Source: an uncultured Gammaproteobacteria bacterium (lineage in GTDB: Bacteria > Pseudomonadota > Gammaproteobacteria > JACCXJ01). Taken from it: a stretch of 64,000 bases of DNA. Shown one piece after another: positions 21,954-34,390 of this stretch (its first letter is position 1; every line of letters begins with the position of its first letter). The position numbers and the translations under genes were made by a program. Below the pieces are notes generated by a model. The model searched no databases. It was not told the DNA's origin and worked only from the letters and a program-made list of their open reading frames with translations. The DNA is taken from assembly GCA_963764725.1 (NCBI GenBank), contig CAVXTM010000011.1:320001-384000 (forward strand), read 5' to 3'.

Positions 21954-22820
21954 ATGATACCGGAAGCCCAAACCCAGAGTTGCGAGATAACGCTGAGTAA
22001 ATACCGGCTCCTTCGTGAGATTGGCCGCGGTAACATGGGCAGCGTCTATCTTGGCCGGGATCTATTCATCGACCGTTTTATCGCCGTGAAAGTTGCCCAT
22101 CAAGAGCGCTTAACTTGCCCGGAAACCAGCCAGGTCTTTCAGCAACTTTTCTTTAACGAGGCCAGAACCGCTGGGATGCTGATGCACCCGAATATTACCG
22201 CGATCTTCGATGCCGGCATAGAAGGCTATACCCATTACATCGCGATGGAGTACGTACCCGGCGGCCAGACTCTGGCCGATTTCTGCAATGTGCATAAACT
22301 CCTCTCGCTCGACGGGCTCATCCGCATTTTTTACCGCTGTGCGCTGGCGCTCGACTACGCCCACAAGAAAGGCGTGGTACACCGGGATATCAAGCCCAAG
22401 AACATCCTCTTAACCCCCGAACACGATGTAAAAATCTCGGACTTCGGCATCGCGGTGCCCGCCGAAGGCGTCGACCCCGCCACACTCGATCTCGCCGGCT
22501 CCCCGCTCTATATGTCTCCCGAGCAGGTCAAACACGAACCGCTCACCGGGCAGAGTGATCTGTTTTCGCTTGGCGTGGTGATGTACCGCGCTTTGACCGG
22601 TAAACACCCGTTCATGGCCGATAAGATCGCAGCGATCAATCTCATGACCTTGAACGCGGAGCCAGCTCCCCTGCGACAAGTTCGATCAGACCTCCCAGAG
22701 GTTATGGAACGCATCGTCAAACGCGCTATGGCCAAGGACCCCGCGCGGCGCTACAAGACCGGCATCGACATCGCGGGTGATCTTACTCTTGTGTTAGACC
22801 AAGTCCAGTTCGCATCCTGA
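21954..22820 (+). CDS. Stand-alone Hanks-type Ser/Thr protein kinase
   Basis: IGRGNMGSVY, IAVK, HRDIKPKN, DFG, GSPLYMSPE, KDPARRY. Confidence 0.9.
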   Translation: MIPEAQTQSCEITLSKYRLLREIGRGNMGSVYLGRDLFIDRFIAVKVAHQERLTCPETSQVFQQLFFNEARTAGMLMHPNITAIFDAGIEGYTHYIAMEYVPGGQTLADFCNVHKLLSLDGLIRIFYRCALALDYAHKKGVVHRDIKPKNILLTPEHDVKISDFGIAVPAEGVDPATLDLAGSPLYMSPEQVKHEPLTGQSDLFSLGVVMYRALTGKHPFMADKIAAINLMTLNAEPAPLRQVRSDLPEVMERIVKRAMAKDPARRYKTGIDIAGDLTLVLDQVQFAS

Positions 22821-22828
22821 CGCTTCTG

Positions 22829-23743
22829 CTAACCGCGCGGATGGTGCGCTTCGTGAAGTTCCTTGAGCCGGCTGCGCGCCACGTGGGTATAGATTTGCGT
22901 CGTCGCGATGTCGCTATGTCCGAGGAGGAGTTGCACGACGCGTAGATCCGCGCCGTGATTCAAGAGGTGAGTCGCGAACGCATGCCGCAAGGTGTGCGGA
23001 GAAATAGGCCTGTGAATTCCAGCCTGCCATGCATACCGCTTAACCGTTTTCCAGAAAGCCTGCCGCGTGATGCCTTGGCCGCGCTTTTTTATGAACAGAA
23101 GTTCCGCCCCCCGGCCTACTAACAATTCCGGACGAGCGAAATTAAGATATCGCGTGAGCATCTCCGATGCGGTATCACCCATCGGCACCAGCCGCTCTTT
23201 GTTCCCCTTGCCCGTCACGCGCAACACACCTTGCCGTAGATTGATCTGGCTGCAGGTGAGCGTGACCAGCTCCGACACCCGCAAACCCGTTGCGTAGATA
23301 AGCTCAAGCATCGCTTGGTCGCGCATGCCGATGAGCTTGTCGCCGTCGGGCGCCCGCAGCAGAGCATCCACCTCCGCTTCCGACAAGTTTCCGGGTAGCG
23401 ACCGCGCCAATCGCGGTCCTTGCACTCGATCCGTCGGATCCTCCTTCACCAAGCCTAACCGTGATAGGTGCTGATAGAAGGCCCGCAAGCTCGATAGCCG
23501 GCGCGCCGTGGTCCTTGCCGACACGCCACTAGCGAGATATCGCAACAGGTCGCCACGATCCACGGAGTGAAGGTCGCGCGCCTCTCTGCTTAACCAGCGG
23601 CTAAAGGCGGTGAGATCCGAACGATAGGCACTTAGCGTATGTTTGGCTAGCCCGCGTTCCATCCAGAGGCAATCGAGAAAACCCTCGATGACCGCCACAT
23701 CTGCCGCTTCGCGCGTGGTCTTAATACCCGGCGCCGGTTTCAT
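22829..23743 (-). CDS. xerD: Tyrosine recombinase XerD
   Basis: YATGLRVSEL, GKGNKER, SPHTLRHAFATH, LLGH, TTQIYTHV, HHPRG. Confidence 0.95.
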   Translation of the reverse strand: MKPAPGIKTTREAADVAVIEGFLDCLWMERGLAKHTLSAYRSDLTAFSRWLSREARDLHSVDRGDLLRYLASGVSARTTARRLSSLRAFYQHLSRLGLVKEDPTDRVQGPRLARSLPGNLSEAEVDALLRAPDGDKLIGMRDQAMLELIYATGLRVSELVTLTCSQINLRQGVLRVTGKGNKERLVPMGDTASEMLTRYLNFARPELLVGRGAELLFIKKRGQGITRQAFWKTVKRYAWQAGIHRPISPHTLRHAFATHLLNHGADLRVVQLLLGHSDIATTQIYTHVARSRLKELHEAHHPRG

Positions 23744-23808
23744 GGGTGAGGAGCCAGCGCTTGATTTCAAGTGATCGATCGACGCCGCCGGTATAGCCTA
23801 GGTGCGCA

Positions 23809-24162
23809 CTATTGGCGCTTAATCTTTTCCTTAATTCTGGCGGCCTTACCGCTTAGTTTACGCGTGTAATATAGCTTGGCCCGGCGCACGTCGCCACGGC
23901 GTTTAACGACGATCTCCTGGAGCAGAGGGCTATACAGGGGAAACACGCGTTCCACCCCTTCGCCGTGCGATATCTTGCGTACCGTGAGTGATGAGTTAAA
24001 ACCACGATTGCGCCTCGCGATCACGACCCCTTCGAACGCTTGCAGGCGCTCCCTCTCGCCCTCTTTGACCTTCACCTGGACAACGACCGTGTCCCCCGGA
24101 CGAAAATCGGGCACCTTGCGGTCCATGGCTGCGGATTCTAACTGGCTGACGATATTATTCAT
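23809..24162 (-). CDS. rplS: 50S ribosomal protein L19
   Basis: [23 protein letters not shown]. Confidence 0.98.
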   Translation of the reverse strand: MNNIVSQLESAAMDRKVPDFRPGDTVVVQVKVKEGERERLQAFEGVVIARRNRGFNSSLTVRKISHGEGVERVFPLYSPLLQEIVVKRRGDVRRAKLYYTRKLSGKAARIKEKIKRQ

Positions 24163-24219
24163 GAGCTAACTTCCTACGGATTCATCTTGTCGCTATGTTA
24201 GCATGCCGGCACCTTGTGT

Positions 24220-24999
24220 TTATGATCCCTTGAAATTGTCGCCGGTACCCGCCGTTTCGGCGGCCCGTTCGGTGACGAATTCATCCAGCAATTGTTGCTC
24301 TTCGATCCGCAATGGCCTATTTTTGAGCAGATCCGGACGCCGTAACCAGGTTCGTCCCAGGGCCTGTTTTAATCGCCAGCGGCGGATCGCCTCGTGGTTG
24401 CCGCTGAGCAATACCGGCGGCACGGTCTTGTCATCGATATTTTCCGGCCTGGTGTAGTGGGGATAATCCAAAAGACCGGTATAAAAGGAGTCCTCGCGGG
24501 CCGAGTCTTGGTGACCCAAGGCTCCCGGTAACAGACGCACGAGCGCGTCGATTAACACCATGGTCGCTAGCTCGCCTCCACTGATGACATAATCTCCAAT
24601 CGAGCATTCTTCGTCGACTTCCGCCTCGATCAAGCGTTCGTCCATACCCTCGTAGCGGCCCGCCACGAGCATTACATTGCCTCGCGCGAGCAATTCTGCC
24701 AGGTAGGTCTGTTCCAAACGTCGCCCTTGCGGTGTCATGGCAACCACCCAAGCGCCATCTCCAAGCCACGCCGCCGCGGCGTGGATCGCGTCCCGCAGCG
24801 GCTCATACATCATCACCATGCCCGGCCCGCCCCCATAGGGGCGATCATCGACGCTGCGGTGCTTGTCGCGGGTGAACTCCCTAGGATTCCAGAGACGCAG
24901 TTGGACCAGACCCCGCTCGACCGCTCGGCCGGTGATCCCATATTCTGCTAGCCCATGGAGCATCTCGGGAAATAGCGTCACGACCCCAAGGTGTAACAT
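24220..24999 (-). CDS. trmD: tRNA (guanine37-N1)-methyltransferase
   Basis: [28 protein letters not shown]. Confidence 0.97.
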   Translation of the reverse strand: MLHLGVVTLFPEMLHGLAEYGITGRAVERGLVQLRLWNPREFTRDKHRSVDDRPYGGGPGMVMMYEPLRDAIHAAAAWLGDGAWVVAMTPQGRRLEQTYLAELLARGNVMLVAGRYEGMDERLIEAEVDEECSIGDYVISGGELATMVLIDALVRLLPGALGHQDSAREDSFYTGLLDYPHYTRPENIDDKTVPPVLLSGNHEAIRRWRLKQALGRTWLRRPDLLKNRPLRIEEQQLLDEFVTERAAETAGTGDNFKGS

Positions 25000-25054
25000 T
25001 CAAATATATTGGTGCCCGCGGTCTTGCCACAGGGATCTTAGGATTTGTAGGTGA

Positions 25055-25564
25055 TTACTCGGGGTCCCACCTGATCTCGATCCGGGAATGCTCCAAATCC
25101 ACGCGCTGCACGTATATATCGAGTACATAGGGTATCAGGTGCTCGCGGCGTCCCCTAACCACAAGTACATCGTTGGCGCCGGTCGCGATGACATCCACGA
25201 CCCGACCGAGGGGCGCCCCATCCTCCGCGACCGCGTCGAGGCCGATGAGATCGTGCCAATAATGCTCCCCAATAGGCAGTACCGGAAGCTGGCTGCGCCG
25301 CACCGCGATGGGGACCCCCATGAGCCGCTGCCCGTCTTCGGGGGCCGAATGATGCTTGATGCGCGCCACCAATCCCTTACCCTTGACGGTTGCGCTCGCA
25401 GGCGCTATTTCGCGCCATTCGCCCTCAAAGCACCCATACCAGGGCGCGTACCGCAAGATGCCTTCCCGCGGATGCGTGTACGACAAAACTTTAACATCGC
25501 CTCGCAGGCCATGGATCCCCACGAAACAACCTACGACGACGAAACCGTCAACATCTTCCGCCAC
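25055..25564 (-). CDS. rimM: Ribosome maturation factor RimM
   Basis: HGLRGDVKV, YWHDLIG, TGANDVL; lies between rpsP and trmD. Confidence 0.93.
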   Translation of the reverse strand: MAEDVDGFVVVGCFVGIHGLRGDVKVLSYTHPREGILRYAPWYGCFEGEWREIAPASATVKGKGLVARIKHHSAPEDGQRLMGVPIAVRRSQLPVLPIGEHYWHDLIGLDAVAEDGAPLGRVVDVIATGANDVLVVRGRREHLIPYVLDIYVQRVDLEHSRIEIRWDPE

Positions 25565-25599
25565 GGCTCAGCGCACTCTAACAGCGGCGTTGGGAACCC

Positions 25600-25845
25600 T
25601 TATGAAGCGGAACCGTGCTTCATCAAAGTGGCGACGCGCTCGGAAACCTTGGCGCCCTTGGAAATCCAATAGCCAGCGCGTTCGTTATCGATACGCAGGC
25701 TGCTGTCGCTCAAGGTCGCGAGGGGATCGAAGAAACCGATGCGCTCAAGGTAGCGCCCGTCGCGTTGGTTGCGGCTATGGGTGACTACGATGTGGTAGAA
25801 AGGCCTTTTCTTGGTGCCGTGCCGGCTCAAACGAATGCTAACCAT
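25600..25845 (-). CDS. rpsP: 30S ribosomal protein S16
   Basis: MVSIRLSRHGTKKRPFY, RDGRYLERIGFFDP. Confidence 0.97.
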   Translation of the reverse strand: MVSIRLSRHGTKKRPFYHIVVTHSRNQRDGRYLERIGFFDPLATLSDSSLRIDNERAGYWISKGAKVSERVATLMKHGSAS

Positions 25846-25908
25846 GTTGTTCCTAACCACTCCAGTTTAATGATTCTGTGCCTGCTCCAGGCACAACCGC
25901 GCCGCGCT

Positions 25909-28011
25909 TTAATTCGCCGTCCCTCCGGCGTTTACCGCCTTCATGCTCAAGCGAATGCGCCCTTGCTTATCTACTTCGAGCACTTTTACCTGCACGGTAT
26001 CGCCCTCGCGCAGCTTGTCACTCACATTTTCGACGCGCTCATCGGAAATCTGCGATATATGCACTAAGCCGTCTTTCCCGGGCAAGATGGTCACGAACGC
26101 ACCGAAATCCATAAGCTTGGCGACCCGGCCCTCATAGATCATGCCCACTTGAACGTCGGCTGTTATTTGCTCGACGCGGCGCCGCGCCTCTTGCCCCGCA
26201 GCATTATCAATGGAGGCGATTTTCACTGTGCCATCGTCGGTGATGTCGATGACGGCTCCGGTCTGCTCGGTGATGGCACGAATCGTCGAACCGCCCTTAC
26301 CGATAACGTCCCGGATTTTCTCAGGGTCGATCTTGATGGTGATAATCCTCGGCGCGTACTCCGACATCTCTGGCCGAGGTTTGGCGATCACGGCATTCAT
26401 TCGCTCAAGTATATGCAAACGGCCCTGATGGGCTTGCCGCAGCGCCAGATCCATGATTTCACGGGTGATCCCATCGATCTTGATGTCCATCTGCAGCGCC
26501 GTCACGCCGTGCGCCGTTCCCGCAACCTTGAAATCCATGTCGCCGAGATGATCCTCATCACCCATAATGTCGGATAGTATCGCGAACCGCTCACCTTCCT
26601 TCACGAGGCCCATTGCGATCCCGGCGACCGCATCCTTGAGCGGGACACCGGCATCCATCAATGACAGGCTGGTTCCACACACGGAAGCCATCGAGCTTGA
26701 GCCGTTGGACTCGGTGATTTCCGACACTACCCGAACCACGTATGGAAACTCGGAAGCATCCGGCATCACGGCTTGAATTCCTCGCTTCGCCAGCCGTCCG
26801 TGCCCAATCTCTCGCCGTTTGGGTGATCCCACTCGGCCGGTTTCGCCGACGCAATAGGGCGGAAAGTTATAATGCAACATGAAGGCTTCCTTGCGCTCCC
26901 CCTCAATGGCGTCGATGATCTGCGCATCCCGCCCCGTTCCTAAGGCGGTGATAACCAAGGCCTGGGTTTCGCCTCGTGTAAACAGCGCCGAACCGTGCGT
27001 GCGAGGTAATACCCCGATGCGGACAGTGATCGGTCGGACCGCGTCCATGGCGCGGCCATCGATACGGCGCCGTTGATCAAGGATCATCCCTCGGACGGCC
27101 CGCTGTTCGATCTCCGCGAACGCATTCACGACATCCTCCGCGGCCCACGGGGCACCGTCCGCCGGCCCGCCGAGGGTCTCCTGTGCCTGCTTGCGAAGGG
27201 CATTGATCCGCTGTCGGCGCGCTAGCTTATCGGTGATCGCATACGCCTCGCGAATAGCTTGCCCGACCCGTGATTCGACCGCACTCATTAGCGCCGTGTC
27301 CTGTACCGCAGGCTGCCAGTTCCAGGGAAGCGGAGCTGCCTCGTGGACGAATTCCCGGAGGTTACGGATCACGGCCTGCATTTGTTCGTGGCCGAACATC
27401 ACCGCCCCCAGCATGACGTCCTCGGCGAGCTGATCGGCCTCCGATTCGACCATGAGCACCGAGGATTGGGTGCCGGCCACAACGAGGTCGAGGCGCGACA
27501 ACTTGATCTGGCTGAAGGTCGGATTGAGTACATAGTTTCCATCCAGATAGCCAACGCGCGCTGCCCCAATCGGCCCCTTAAACGGGATCCCCGAGATGCT
27601 TACGGCCGCCGACGCGCCGATGAGCGCTGGGATGTCCGGATCGATCTCGGGATCGAGCGACAGCACAGTGGCGATGATTTGTACCTCGTTCGTCATTCTC
27701 TCGGGAAACAACGGACGCAAGGGTCGATCGATCAACCTTGAGGTGAGGGTTTCTTTTTCGCTCGGACGGCCCTCGCGTTTGAAGAACCCTCCCGGGATCT
27801 TTCCCGCCGCGTAGGTGCGCTCCTGATAATCCACGGTCAGAGGGAAGAAATCCCGGCCCGGCACCGGTTCCTTGTTCCCTACCACGGAAACCAATACTAC
27901 GGTATCCCCCATGCTCACTTTCACTGCCGCCGAAGCTTGTCGCGCGATTTCCCCTGTCTCTAGAACAACAACATGGGATCCGTACTGGAATGATTTTTTT
28001 ACAAGGCGCAT
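25909..28011 (-). CDS. pnp: Polyribonucleotide nucleotidyltransferase
   Basis: [30 protein letters not shown] and S1 domains. Confidence 0.98.
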   Translation of the reverse strand: MRLVKKSFQYGSHVVVLETGEIARQASAAVKVSMGDTVVLVSVVGNKEPVPGRDFFPLTVDYQERTYAAGKIPGGFFKREGRPSEKETLTSRLIDRPLRPLFPERMTNEVQIIATVLSLDPEIDPDIPALIGASAAVSISGIPFKGPIGAARVGYLDGNYVLNPTFSQIKLSRLDLVVAGTQSSVLMVESEADQLAEDVMLGAVMFGHEQMQAVIRNLREFVHEAAPLPWNWQPAVQDTALMSAVESRVGQAIREAYAITDKLARRQRINALRKQAQETLGGPADGAPWAAEDVVNAFAEIEQRAVRGMILDQRRRIDGRAMDAVRPITVRIGVLPRTHGSALFTRGETQALVITALGTGRDAQIIDAIEGERKEAFMLHYNFPPYCVGETGRVGSPKRREIGHGRLAKRGIQAVMPDASEFPYVVRVVSEITESNGSSSMASVCGTSLSLMDAGVPLKDAVAGIAMGLVKEGERFAILSDIMGDEDHLGDMDFKVAGTAHGVTALQMDIKIDGITREIMDLALRQAHQGRLHILERMNAVIAKPRPEMSEYAPRIITIKIDPEKIRDVIGKGGSTIRAITEQTGAVIDITDDGTVKIASIDNAAGQEARRRVEQITADVQVGMIYEGRVAKLMDFGAFVTILPGKDGLVHISQISDERVENVSDKLREGDTVQVKVLEVDKQGRIRLSMKAVNAGGTAN

Positions 28012-28091
28012 GCTGGTGCTCGACTAAATGGAAATGGTAGGTGCAAACCGCCGCATCGATGGGGCGAGTGGTCTAAGGTGATAGCAATTGC

Positions 28092-28361
28092 CTATCGGCG
28101 CAATCCCAATCCGCTGATTAACTCTCGATAGCGCTGCATATTATATTGCTTAATATAATCCAGTAACTTACGCCGTTTGTTGACCATCCTCAGCAAGCCC
28201 TGGCGAGAGTGATGGTCGGATTGGTGTGTTTTAAAATGCTCCGCCAGATCCTCGATACGGCGGGTAATAAGCGCGACCTGCACCTCGGGCGATCCGGTGT
28301 CGCCCGGGGAACGCTTAAATTTATCCATGACTTCTTTTTTTAGTGCCGGCGGCAATACCAT
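28092..28361 (-). CDS. rpsO: 30S ribosomal protein S15
   Basis: [18 protein letters not shown]; 89 aa. Confidence 0.97.
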   Translation of the reverse strand: MVLPPALKKEVMDKFKRSPGDTGSPEVQVALITRRIEDLAEHFKTHQSDHHSRQGLLRMVNKRRKLLDYIKQYNMQRYRELISGLGLRR

Positions 28362-28470
28362 CAGACCCCCTAATCCTATGCAACTCACAATTTTAGCCGA
28401 TTATTGTAACGAGTGCTCCGGGTACGAACAAGGAACGCGCATAAACGCAGGGTCGGACAAGCGGCGCTTT

Positions 28471-29390
28471 TCACCGCCGCAGCAGGCGCCGCGGCGCGAT
28501 TCTGCCATCTTCGAGCACCTGCCCGACACCCAAAAAATGCATATGGTGGTCGTAAAGCCTGACTAGGCCATGCGTCGGCGCATGCGGTACCACCACCGCT
28601 TGGCCGCGGCACAAATAGTAGGCGGCGTCCGGAGACAAAGCGATATGCGGCTCAGCGAATAGGACTCTATCAATATCGAGCAACGAGCGCGTCAGCGCCT
28701 CCATCCCTTCCCGCGCTAATCGTTGCAGCGTATCGAAATCGAGCGCGGCGTCAATGTTGAACGGCCCGACTCCAACCCGGTGAAGCGCCCGCACGTGGGC
28801 GCCGCAACCCAGCCGCTCGCCGATATCTTCCGCGAGGGTTCGGATATAGGTGCCCTTGGAACACTCAACCGCTAGGTCCAGACCATCATCGCCATAGCGC
28901 AGCAAACGCAGCGCATGTAGGACCACCGTACGCGGCGTGCGCGCGACCGTGATCCCTTGATGTGCAAGCTCATACAGCCGGCGGCCTTGGTGCTTGATCG
29001 CCGAATGCATGGGCGGAGTCTGTTGTAAGCGTCCGGTGAACGATGCCAGCACTTCGTTGAGCCTTTCCAGATCGAAAACCGGCGGCCTCACCGCGCGCGT
29101 GATGTCGCCTTCGGCATCGCCGGTGGTGGTCGAGACGCCCAGTCTTATCGTGGCGAGGTAACGTTTTTTCGCGTTCAGTAGAAACCCCGAAAGCTTGGTG
29201 CCCTCCCCAAAGCAGAGCGGTAACAGGCCGGTGGCCAACAGATCAAGGCTTCCCGTGTGCCCAACCTTGCGGGCGTGAAATAAGCGCTTTACCCTTTGCA
29301 GGGCATCGTTGGAGCTAAGGCCGAGAGGCTTGTCGAACAATAAGATCCCGTGGATATCTCGGCCTTTCCGGGGTCGTGACGGTTCGCCAT
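28471..29390 (-). CDS. truB: tRNA pseudouridine55 synthase; probable 1-base deletion near the start
   Basis: GILLFDKP, KVGHTGSLD, CSKGTYIRTL; the nearest plausible ATG (29390) is out of frame by one base. Confidence 0.92.
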
Positions 29391-29407
29391 CGAGCCCAAT
29401 GTCAATT

Positions 29408-29773
29408 CTAGCGCGAACGCGGAAACTCCCCGCCGGAATCGGTCCCTTTGAGCAGCGCCGCCAGACGTTCGACTCGCTCCAAACTCTCGTCATGATGGAT
29501 GAGCAGGCGCGGGACTGTCCGGAGCCTCAAGCGCCGGGCTAGGACCGTGCGGAAACACCCCGCGGCGCGCTTTAGCCGGGCCACGATCTCCTGTGCGCTG
29601 CCCCCAAGGCAGGATACATAGACTTTAGCGTCGCGAAGGTCCGCCGTGAGATCCACCGCCGTGACGGTCACAAGACCCAAACGGGCATCTTGCGCGGTCC
29701 GTGACACGAGGGGCGCGAGTTCCCGTTTGATTTGCTCCGCAAGGCGTAGCTTGCGGCCGAATTCCTGTCCCAT
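29408..29773 (-). CDS. rbfA: Ribosome-binding factor A
   Basis: DLRDAKVY, LRLRTVPRL; lies between infB and truB. Confidence 0.9.
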   Translation of the reverse strand: MGQEFGRKLRLAEQIKRELAPLVSRTAQDARLGLVTVTAVDLTADLRDAKVYVSCLGGSAQEIVARLKRAAGCFRTVLARRLRLRTVPRLLIHHDESLERVERLAALLKGTDSGGEFPRSR

Positions 29774-29779
29774 TGCGCT

Positions 29780-32302
29780 CTAGATGCTGCGCAAGAGCGT
29801 GATGCGCTCGAAGACTTCAATCTGGTCGCCCGGCTTCACATCGTTGTAATCCTTAACGCCGATTCCGCATTCGGTGCCGGATTTCACTTCGTTGACATCG
29901 TCCCGAAAGCGGCGTAGCGACTCCAGTTGCCCTTCGTAAATCACGATGTTATTTCTCAGCACGCGTATAGGGTTGGCGCGGCGCACGGCGCCGGTTGTGA
30001 CGATACAACCCGCGATCGCGCCAAACTTCGACGATCGAAACACATCGCGTACTTCCGCCATGCCAACAATCTGCTCCTTGACCTCCGGTGCGAGCATACC
30101 GCTCAATGCCGCTTTGATTTCATCGATTACGTTGTAGATGATACTGTGATAATGTAGTTCCACGCCCGTTTCTTCGACCAACTTGCGGGCGCTGGTATCG
30201 GCGCGCACGTTGAACCCGATCACGATCGCCTTCGACGCCACGGCGAGATTGACATCGGATTCGCTGATCGCGCCCACACCGTTCGCGATGACGTTGACGC
30301 GTACCTCATCGGTGGCGAGTTTAGTCAAGGCATCGACCAAGGCTTCCGCAGATCCTTGCACGTCGGCTTTGATCAAAACGTTCAGGCTACTGGTTTTTCC
30401 GTCCTCCATCTGCAGAAGAACATCATCGAGCTTGGCTGCTTGTTGCCGTGCGAGCTTGCCTTCCCGCGTCTTGCCCTGCCTAACCTCAGCGATTTCGCGC
30501 GCTTTGCGTTCATCGGCGACGACCACCGCCTCATCACCCGCATTGGGAGCACTCGACAAGCCCAGGACTTCCACGGGGAACGACGGCCCGGCTTCCTCGA
30601 TCGATTGACCGTTTTCATCCAACATCGCGCGGACGCGGCCGAGTTCCTGGCCCGTGAGCAAAATATCGCCCCGCTTGAGCAGACCTTGTTGCACCAAGAT
30701 CGTGGCGACCGGGCCACGTCCCTTGTCTAATCTGGATTCGATTACCACCCCCGACGCTGGTCCGACCGGCACCGCCAGGAGCTCGAGAACCTCGGCCTGC
30801 AGCAGAATCGATTCCAACAAGCGGTCGATACCTTCCCCGGTCTTGGCGGAAACGTTCACGAAAATCGCATCCCCTCCCCACTCCTCCGGTACGATCCCGT
30901 GTCCCGTTAACTCTTGCTTAACGCGGTCGGGGTCCGCGCCCGGCTTATCAATCTTATTGACGGCGACCAGTATCGGCGCATTCGCCGCTTGCGCATGCTG
31001 CACGGCCTCGATCGTTTGCGTTTTCACCCCATCGTCGGCCGCGACCACTAATACCACGATGTCGGTGACTTTAGCGCCGCGCGCCCGCATGGCCGTAAAA
31101 GCCGCATGACCCGGCGTATCCAAAAACGTAATGGAGCCCTTCCCGACGAGCACATGGTAAGCGCCGATATGCTGCGTGATCCCGCCGGCCTCTCCGGCGG
31201 CAACTCGGGTACGGCGTATGTGATCGAGCAATGAGGTCTTGCCGTGATCGACGTGGCCCATGATCGTGACTACGGGGGGACGCGCCACTTTCTCGCACTC
31301 GACGGTATCGGAAACTCCGAGCAGTTCCGCCTCCGCCGCATCGTCTTTAAGCGGCTTGGCCTTGTGGCCCATCTCCCCAACCACTATCACCGCCGTCTCC
31401 TGATCGAGCACTTGATTAATGCTCGCCATTGTCCCGAGGTTGATCATGACTTTGATGACCTCAGCCGCCTTGACCGACATCCGTTGTGCCAACTCGGCGA
31501 CGGTGACCCGTTCAGGGATCGCGATCTCACGCACAATGGGCGCGGTCGGCATCTCGAAACCGTGCTTGGGCGCGAGCGGCACCACTATTCGCCGAGGCCC
31601 CGGTTTCTTCTTCCGGCGGGTCGTTCTATTGATTGCGACATGCAGCTCTCGCTGATCGATAACCGGTTCGCCTGACGGCTCTTTTTGGCGCTTGGCCGGG
31701 GCCTTGTCCGTGTAGGCTTGGCGTTTTACCAGCGGCTCCACAGCGGCCGGGATCGGAATCCGTGGCGGCACTGCGCGGAGCGTTTCCTCTACCGGCGGCA
31801 AGACCGATTCCGGCACGGCGTCCGCCCGTATGCGAGCCTCCGCTTCCTCGGCACGCCGGCGCGCTTCCAGCTCCTGGGTTTTGATCTCTTCCTCGCGGGC
31901 GCGGCCGAGCTCCAAGGCCACCAACCGTTCTTGTTGTGCGGTCTCGTCGGCTCGGCGCTGTGCCTCTGCCTCCGCGAATACGCTACGCTTCACATAGGTG
32001 CGCTTCTTGCGGAACTCGACGCTCACCGTTTTTGTGCTGCTGCTGCGCACGCTACGCCGATCGGTAGGGAGCTTGATCTCACTGATGGTCTTGCGGCGCA
32101 GGACAATGCGGTTCGGTTCGGCGCTTTCATCGGCACGCCCGTGGAGCTGCCGCAGATGGACGAGCAATTGGTTCTTTTCCCGATCGCTCATTGGATCGCC
32201 GGGTTGTTTATCCGGCAGCCCGGCTTCCCCAAGTTGCGCGAGCAACCGGTCGATGGAAATTCCAACCACGTCCGCGAACTGCTTAACCGTCAATTCACCC
32301 AT
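29780..32302 (-). CDS. infB: Translation initiation factor IF-2
   Basis: [25 protein letters not shown]. Confidence 0.98.
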   Translation of the reverse strand: MGELTVKQFADVVGISIDRLLAQLGEAGLPDKQPGDPMSDREKNQLLVHLRQLHGRADESAEPNRIVLRRKTISEIKLPTDRRSVRSSSTKTVSVEFRKKRTYVKRSVFAEAEAQRRADETAQQERLVALELGRAREEEIKTQELEARRRAEEAEARIRADAVPESVLPPVEETLRAVPPRIPIPAAVEPLVKRQAYTDKAPAKRQKEPSGEPVIDQRELHVAINRTTRRKKKPGPRRIVVPLAPKHGFEMPTAPIVREIAIPERVTVAELAQRMSVKAAEVIKVMINLGTMASINQVLDQETAVIVVGEMGHKAKPLKDDAAEAELLGVSDTVECEKVARPPVVTIMGHVDHGKTSLLDHIRRTRVAAGEAGGITQHIGAYHVLVGKGSITFLDTPGHAAFTAMRARGAKVTDIVVLVVAADDGVKTQTIEAVQHAQAANAPILVAVNKIDKPGADPDRVKQELTGHGIVPEEWGGDAIFVNVSAKTGEGIDRLLESILLQAEVLELLAVPVGPASGVVIESRLDKGRGPVATILVQQGLLKRGDILLTGQELGRVRAMLDENGQSIEEAGPSFPVEVLGLSSAPNAGDEAVVVADERKAREIAEVRQGKTREGKLARQQAAKLDDVLLQMEDGKTSSLNVLIKADVQGSAEALVDALTKLATDEVRVNVIANGVGAISESDVNLAVASKAIVIGFNVRADTSARKLVEETGVELHYHSIIYNVIDEIKAALSGMLAPEVKEQIVGMAEVRDVFRSSKFGAIAGCIVTTGAVRRANPIRVLRNNIVIYEGQLESLRRFRDDVNEVKSGTECGIGVKDYNDVKPGDQIEVFERITLLRSI

Positions 32303-33866
32303 GCACCTGCTCCCCGGTCTCTTCTTGCGCAGCCTTGAACCACGGGGCGCGGGCGGTCATTATTAGCCGGCCGGCCCGCTCGCCGCTGATCCCACCGATT
32401 TCTACCAGCTCATCTACCGACTGCGCTGCCAAATCGTCCATCGTCACGATTGCCCCCGCGGCCAAGCGGTAGGCTAGCTCTAGATCCATGCCTTCCATAT
32501 TGAGCAGATCTTCCGACGGCATGACATCACCGAGACGTTCCTCGGTGGCGATAGCCTTGGTCAATAACCAATCTTTGGCCCGATTGCGTAACTCGGCCAC
32601 CAGATCCGCATCGAACTCCTCGATCTCGATCATTTCGTGTTCCGGAACGAACGCGACTTCCTCGATGCTCGAGAAGCCTTCCTGCGTCAAAATGTTAGCG
32701 ACCTCTTGGTCGACATGCAGATTTTCTACGAATATCTGCTGGATACGCTGGGCTTCCGCCTCGGTCTTGTCGGCCGCTTCGGTTTCGGTCATCACATTTA
32801 GCTCCCAGCCGGTCAGTTGGCTCGCGAGCCGGACGTTCTGCCCGTTACGGCCGATCGCCTGCGATAGTTGCTCCTCCACGACCGCCACATCCATGCTGTG
32901 CGCATCCTCATCCACCATGATGGACACGACTTCGGCGGGCGACATGGCATTAATGACGAACTGCGCTGGGTTTTCATTCCAAAGGATAATATCGACCCGT
33001 TCTCCGGCGAGATCGTTGGAGACAGCTTGCACGCGCGAGCCGCGCATGCCGACACAGGCGCCGACCGGATCGATCCGAGGGTCCTTGCTCTTGACGGCGA
33101 TCTTCGAGCGCAGACCCGGATCGCGCGCTGCCCCGAGCACCTCGATGAGACCTTCACCGATCTCGGGAACCTCGATCTTGAACAACTCGATTAGGAGTTC
33201 CGTGGCCGTGCGGCTGACGAATAACTGCGGGCCGCGTTTCTCCGGACGCACTTCGCTCAAGTATCCTCGCAGCCGATCCCCCGGCCGTACTGCTTCGCGT
33301 GGGATCATGTCCTCGCGCGCAATCATCGCTTCCGCGTTGCCGCCGAGATCCAATGTCACGCTACCGCGATCGACGCGCTTCACGACGCCGGTAATTAGCT
33401 GACCCATGCGGCTCTCATAGGCTTCCACAATCTGCTTGCGTTCGGCCTCGCGCACCTTCTGCACGATGACTTGCTTCGCCGCTTGCGCGGCGATACGCCC
33501 AAACGCCGCAGCCTCCATGGGTTCCTCTATATATTCGCCGTGGCTCACCTCGGGACGGATCTCGCGCGCCTTGAGCAGAGAGATTTGGCGCTCTGGAAAC
33601 TCGATCCCGCCCGCGCCGATCGGGATGCCATCGGTTCCGACGTCCGCCGCTAGGGTGGCTACGGTCTCATCGATAACCTGCCAACGCCGAAAGGCTTCAT
33701 AGTCCCCCGTCTGGCGATCGATGGATACGCGGACATCAATGTTGTCGCGATAACGTTTGGTTGTCGCACTGGCGAGCGCCGCTTCCAAGGCCTCGAAAAT
33801 GATCTCCTTATTTACTCCCTTCTCATTGGAAACAACCTCGACGACGGTAAGGATATCCTTGTTCAT
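32295..33866 (-). CDS. nusA: Transcription termination/antitermination factor NusA
   Basis: [36 protein letters not shown]-terminal acidic repeats. Confidence 0.98.
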   Translation of the reverse strand: MNKDILTVVEVVSNEKGVNKEIIFEALEAALASATTKRYRDNIDVRVSIDRQTGDYEAFRRWQVIDETVATLAADVGTDGIPIGAGGIEFPERQISLLKAREIRPEVSHGEYIEEPMEAAAFGRIAAQAAKQVIVQKVREAERKQIVEAYESRMGQLITGVVKRVDRGSVTLDLGGNAEAMIAREDMIPREAVRPGDRLRGYLSEVRPEKRGPQLFVSRTATELLIELFKIEVPEIGEGLIEVLGAARDPGLRSKIAVKSKDPRIDPVGACVGMRGSRVQAVSNDLAGERVDIILWNENPAQFVINAMSPAEVVSIMVDEDAHSMDVAVVEEQLSQAIGRNGQNVRLASQLTGWELNVMTETEAADKTEAEAQRIQQIFVENLHVDQEVANILTQEGFSSIEEVAFVPEHEMIEIEEFDADLVAELRNRAKDWLLTKAIATEERLGDVMPSEDLLNMEGMDLELAYRLAAGAIVTMDDLAAQSVDELVEIGGISGERAGRLIMTARAPWFKAAQEETGEQVHG

Positions 33867-34351
33867 CTGCTACGCCTCGCCGGTTTTTCAAACTCGAATT
33901 GCGGCACCAAGCGGGCCCGGTGTATAAGATCGAAGGGCAGTGTATAGGCTTCCCCTTCCTGTTCGCTGATGCTGATCTCGTTAACGGTAACCGCGTTCAA
34001 GCGCCCGCGGAATTTTCGGCGCCCGTGGACCAGACGTATCGTCTCAATGCTCACGGTGCTTTGAAGAAAACGCGAATACTGATCGAGAGTAAACAGCGGG
34101 CGGTCCAATCCTGGCGAAGAGACCTCGAGCGTATAGGGCCCGGTGACGGGATCCTCAACATCCATGACACTGCTAACCTGCTGACTCACGCGTTCACAAT
34201 CTCTCAATGTAATTCCACTGGCGCTATCGATATACACCCGTATCAATGGCGCGCGTCTGGCGACGGTACGCTCAATGCCGACAAATTCATAACCGAGGCC
34301 CGTCACGACGGGCTTGATCATGGCTTCTAACTCCCTCGTATTCACGCGCAC
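33863..34351 (-). CDS. rimP: Ribosome maturation factor RimP
   Basis: [14 protein letters not shown]. Confidence 0.95.
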   Translation of the reverse strand: MRVNTRELEAMIKPVVTGLGYEFVGIERTVARRAPLIRVYIDSASGITLRDCERVSQQVSSVMDVEDPVTGPYTLEVSSPGLDRPLFTLDQYSRFLQSTVSIETIRLVHGRRKFRGRLNAVTVNEISISEQEGEAYTLPFDLIHRARLVPQFEFEKPARRSR

Positions 34352-34361
34352 GTTACCGACT

Positions 34362-34390
34362 AAAATAAAAAGCCCCGGCTCTCGGGGCTA
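34362..34390 (-). terminator. Intrinsic terminator/attenuator between tRNA-Met and rimP
   Basis: Minus strand: AGCCCCG/CGGGGCT hairpin followed by TTTTATTTT. Confidence 0.7.

Noticed and set aside
22790-22820. GTTAGAC near the end of kinase 2 as another GTTGAC-linked indel
   Set aside because: The current frame ends sensibly just before the xerD stop; removing a base gives no better protein
22829-23743. Tyrosine recombinase as the integrase for the 13-bp-bounded cassettes
   Set aside because: It is housekeeping XerD by sequence and context, and the 13-mer does not resemble dif
25010-25030. TGGTGCCCGCGG resembling a tRNA 3' end on the minus strand
   Set aside because: No T arm or cloverleaf in the 55-bp gap
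33600-33680. Short insertion in the NusA N-terminal domain
   Set aside because: Falls in what appears to be a variable loop; no evidence of a special role
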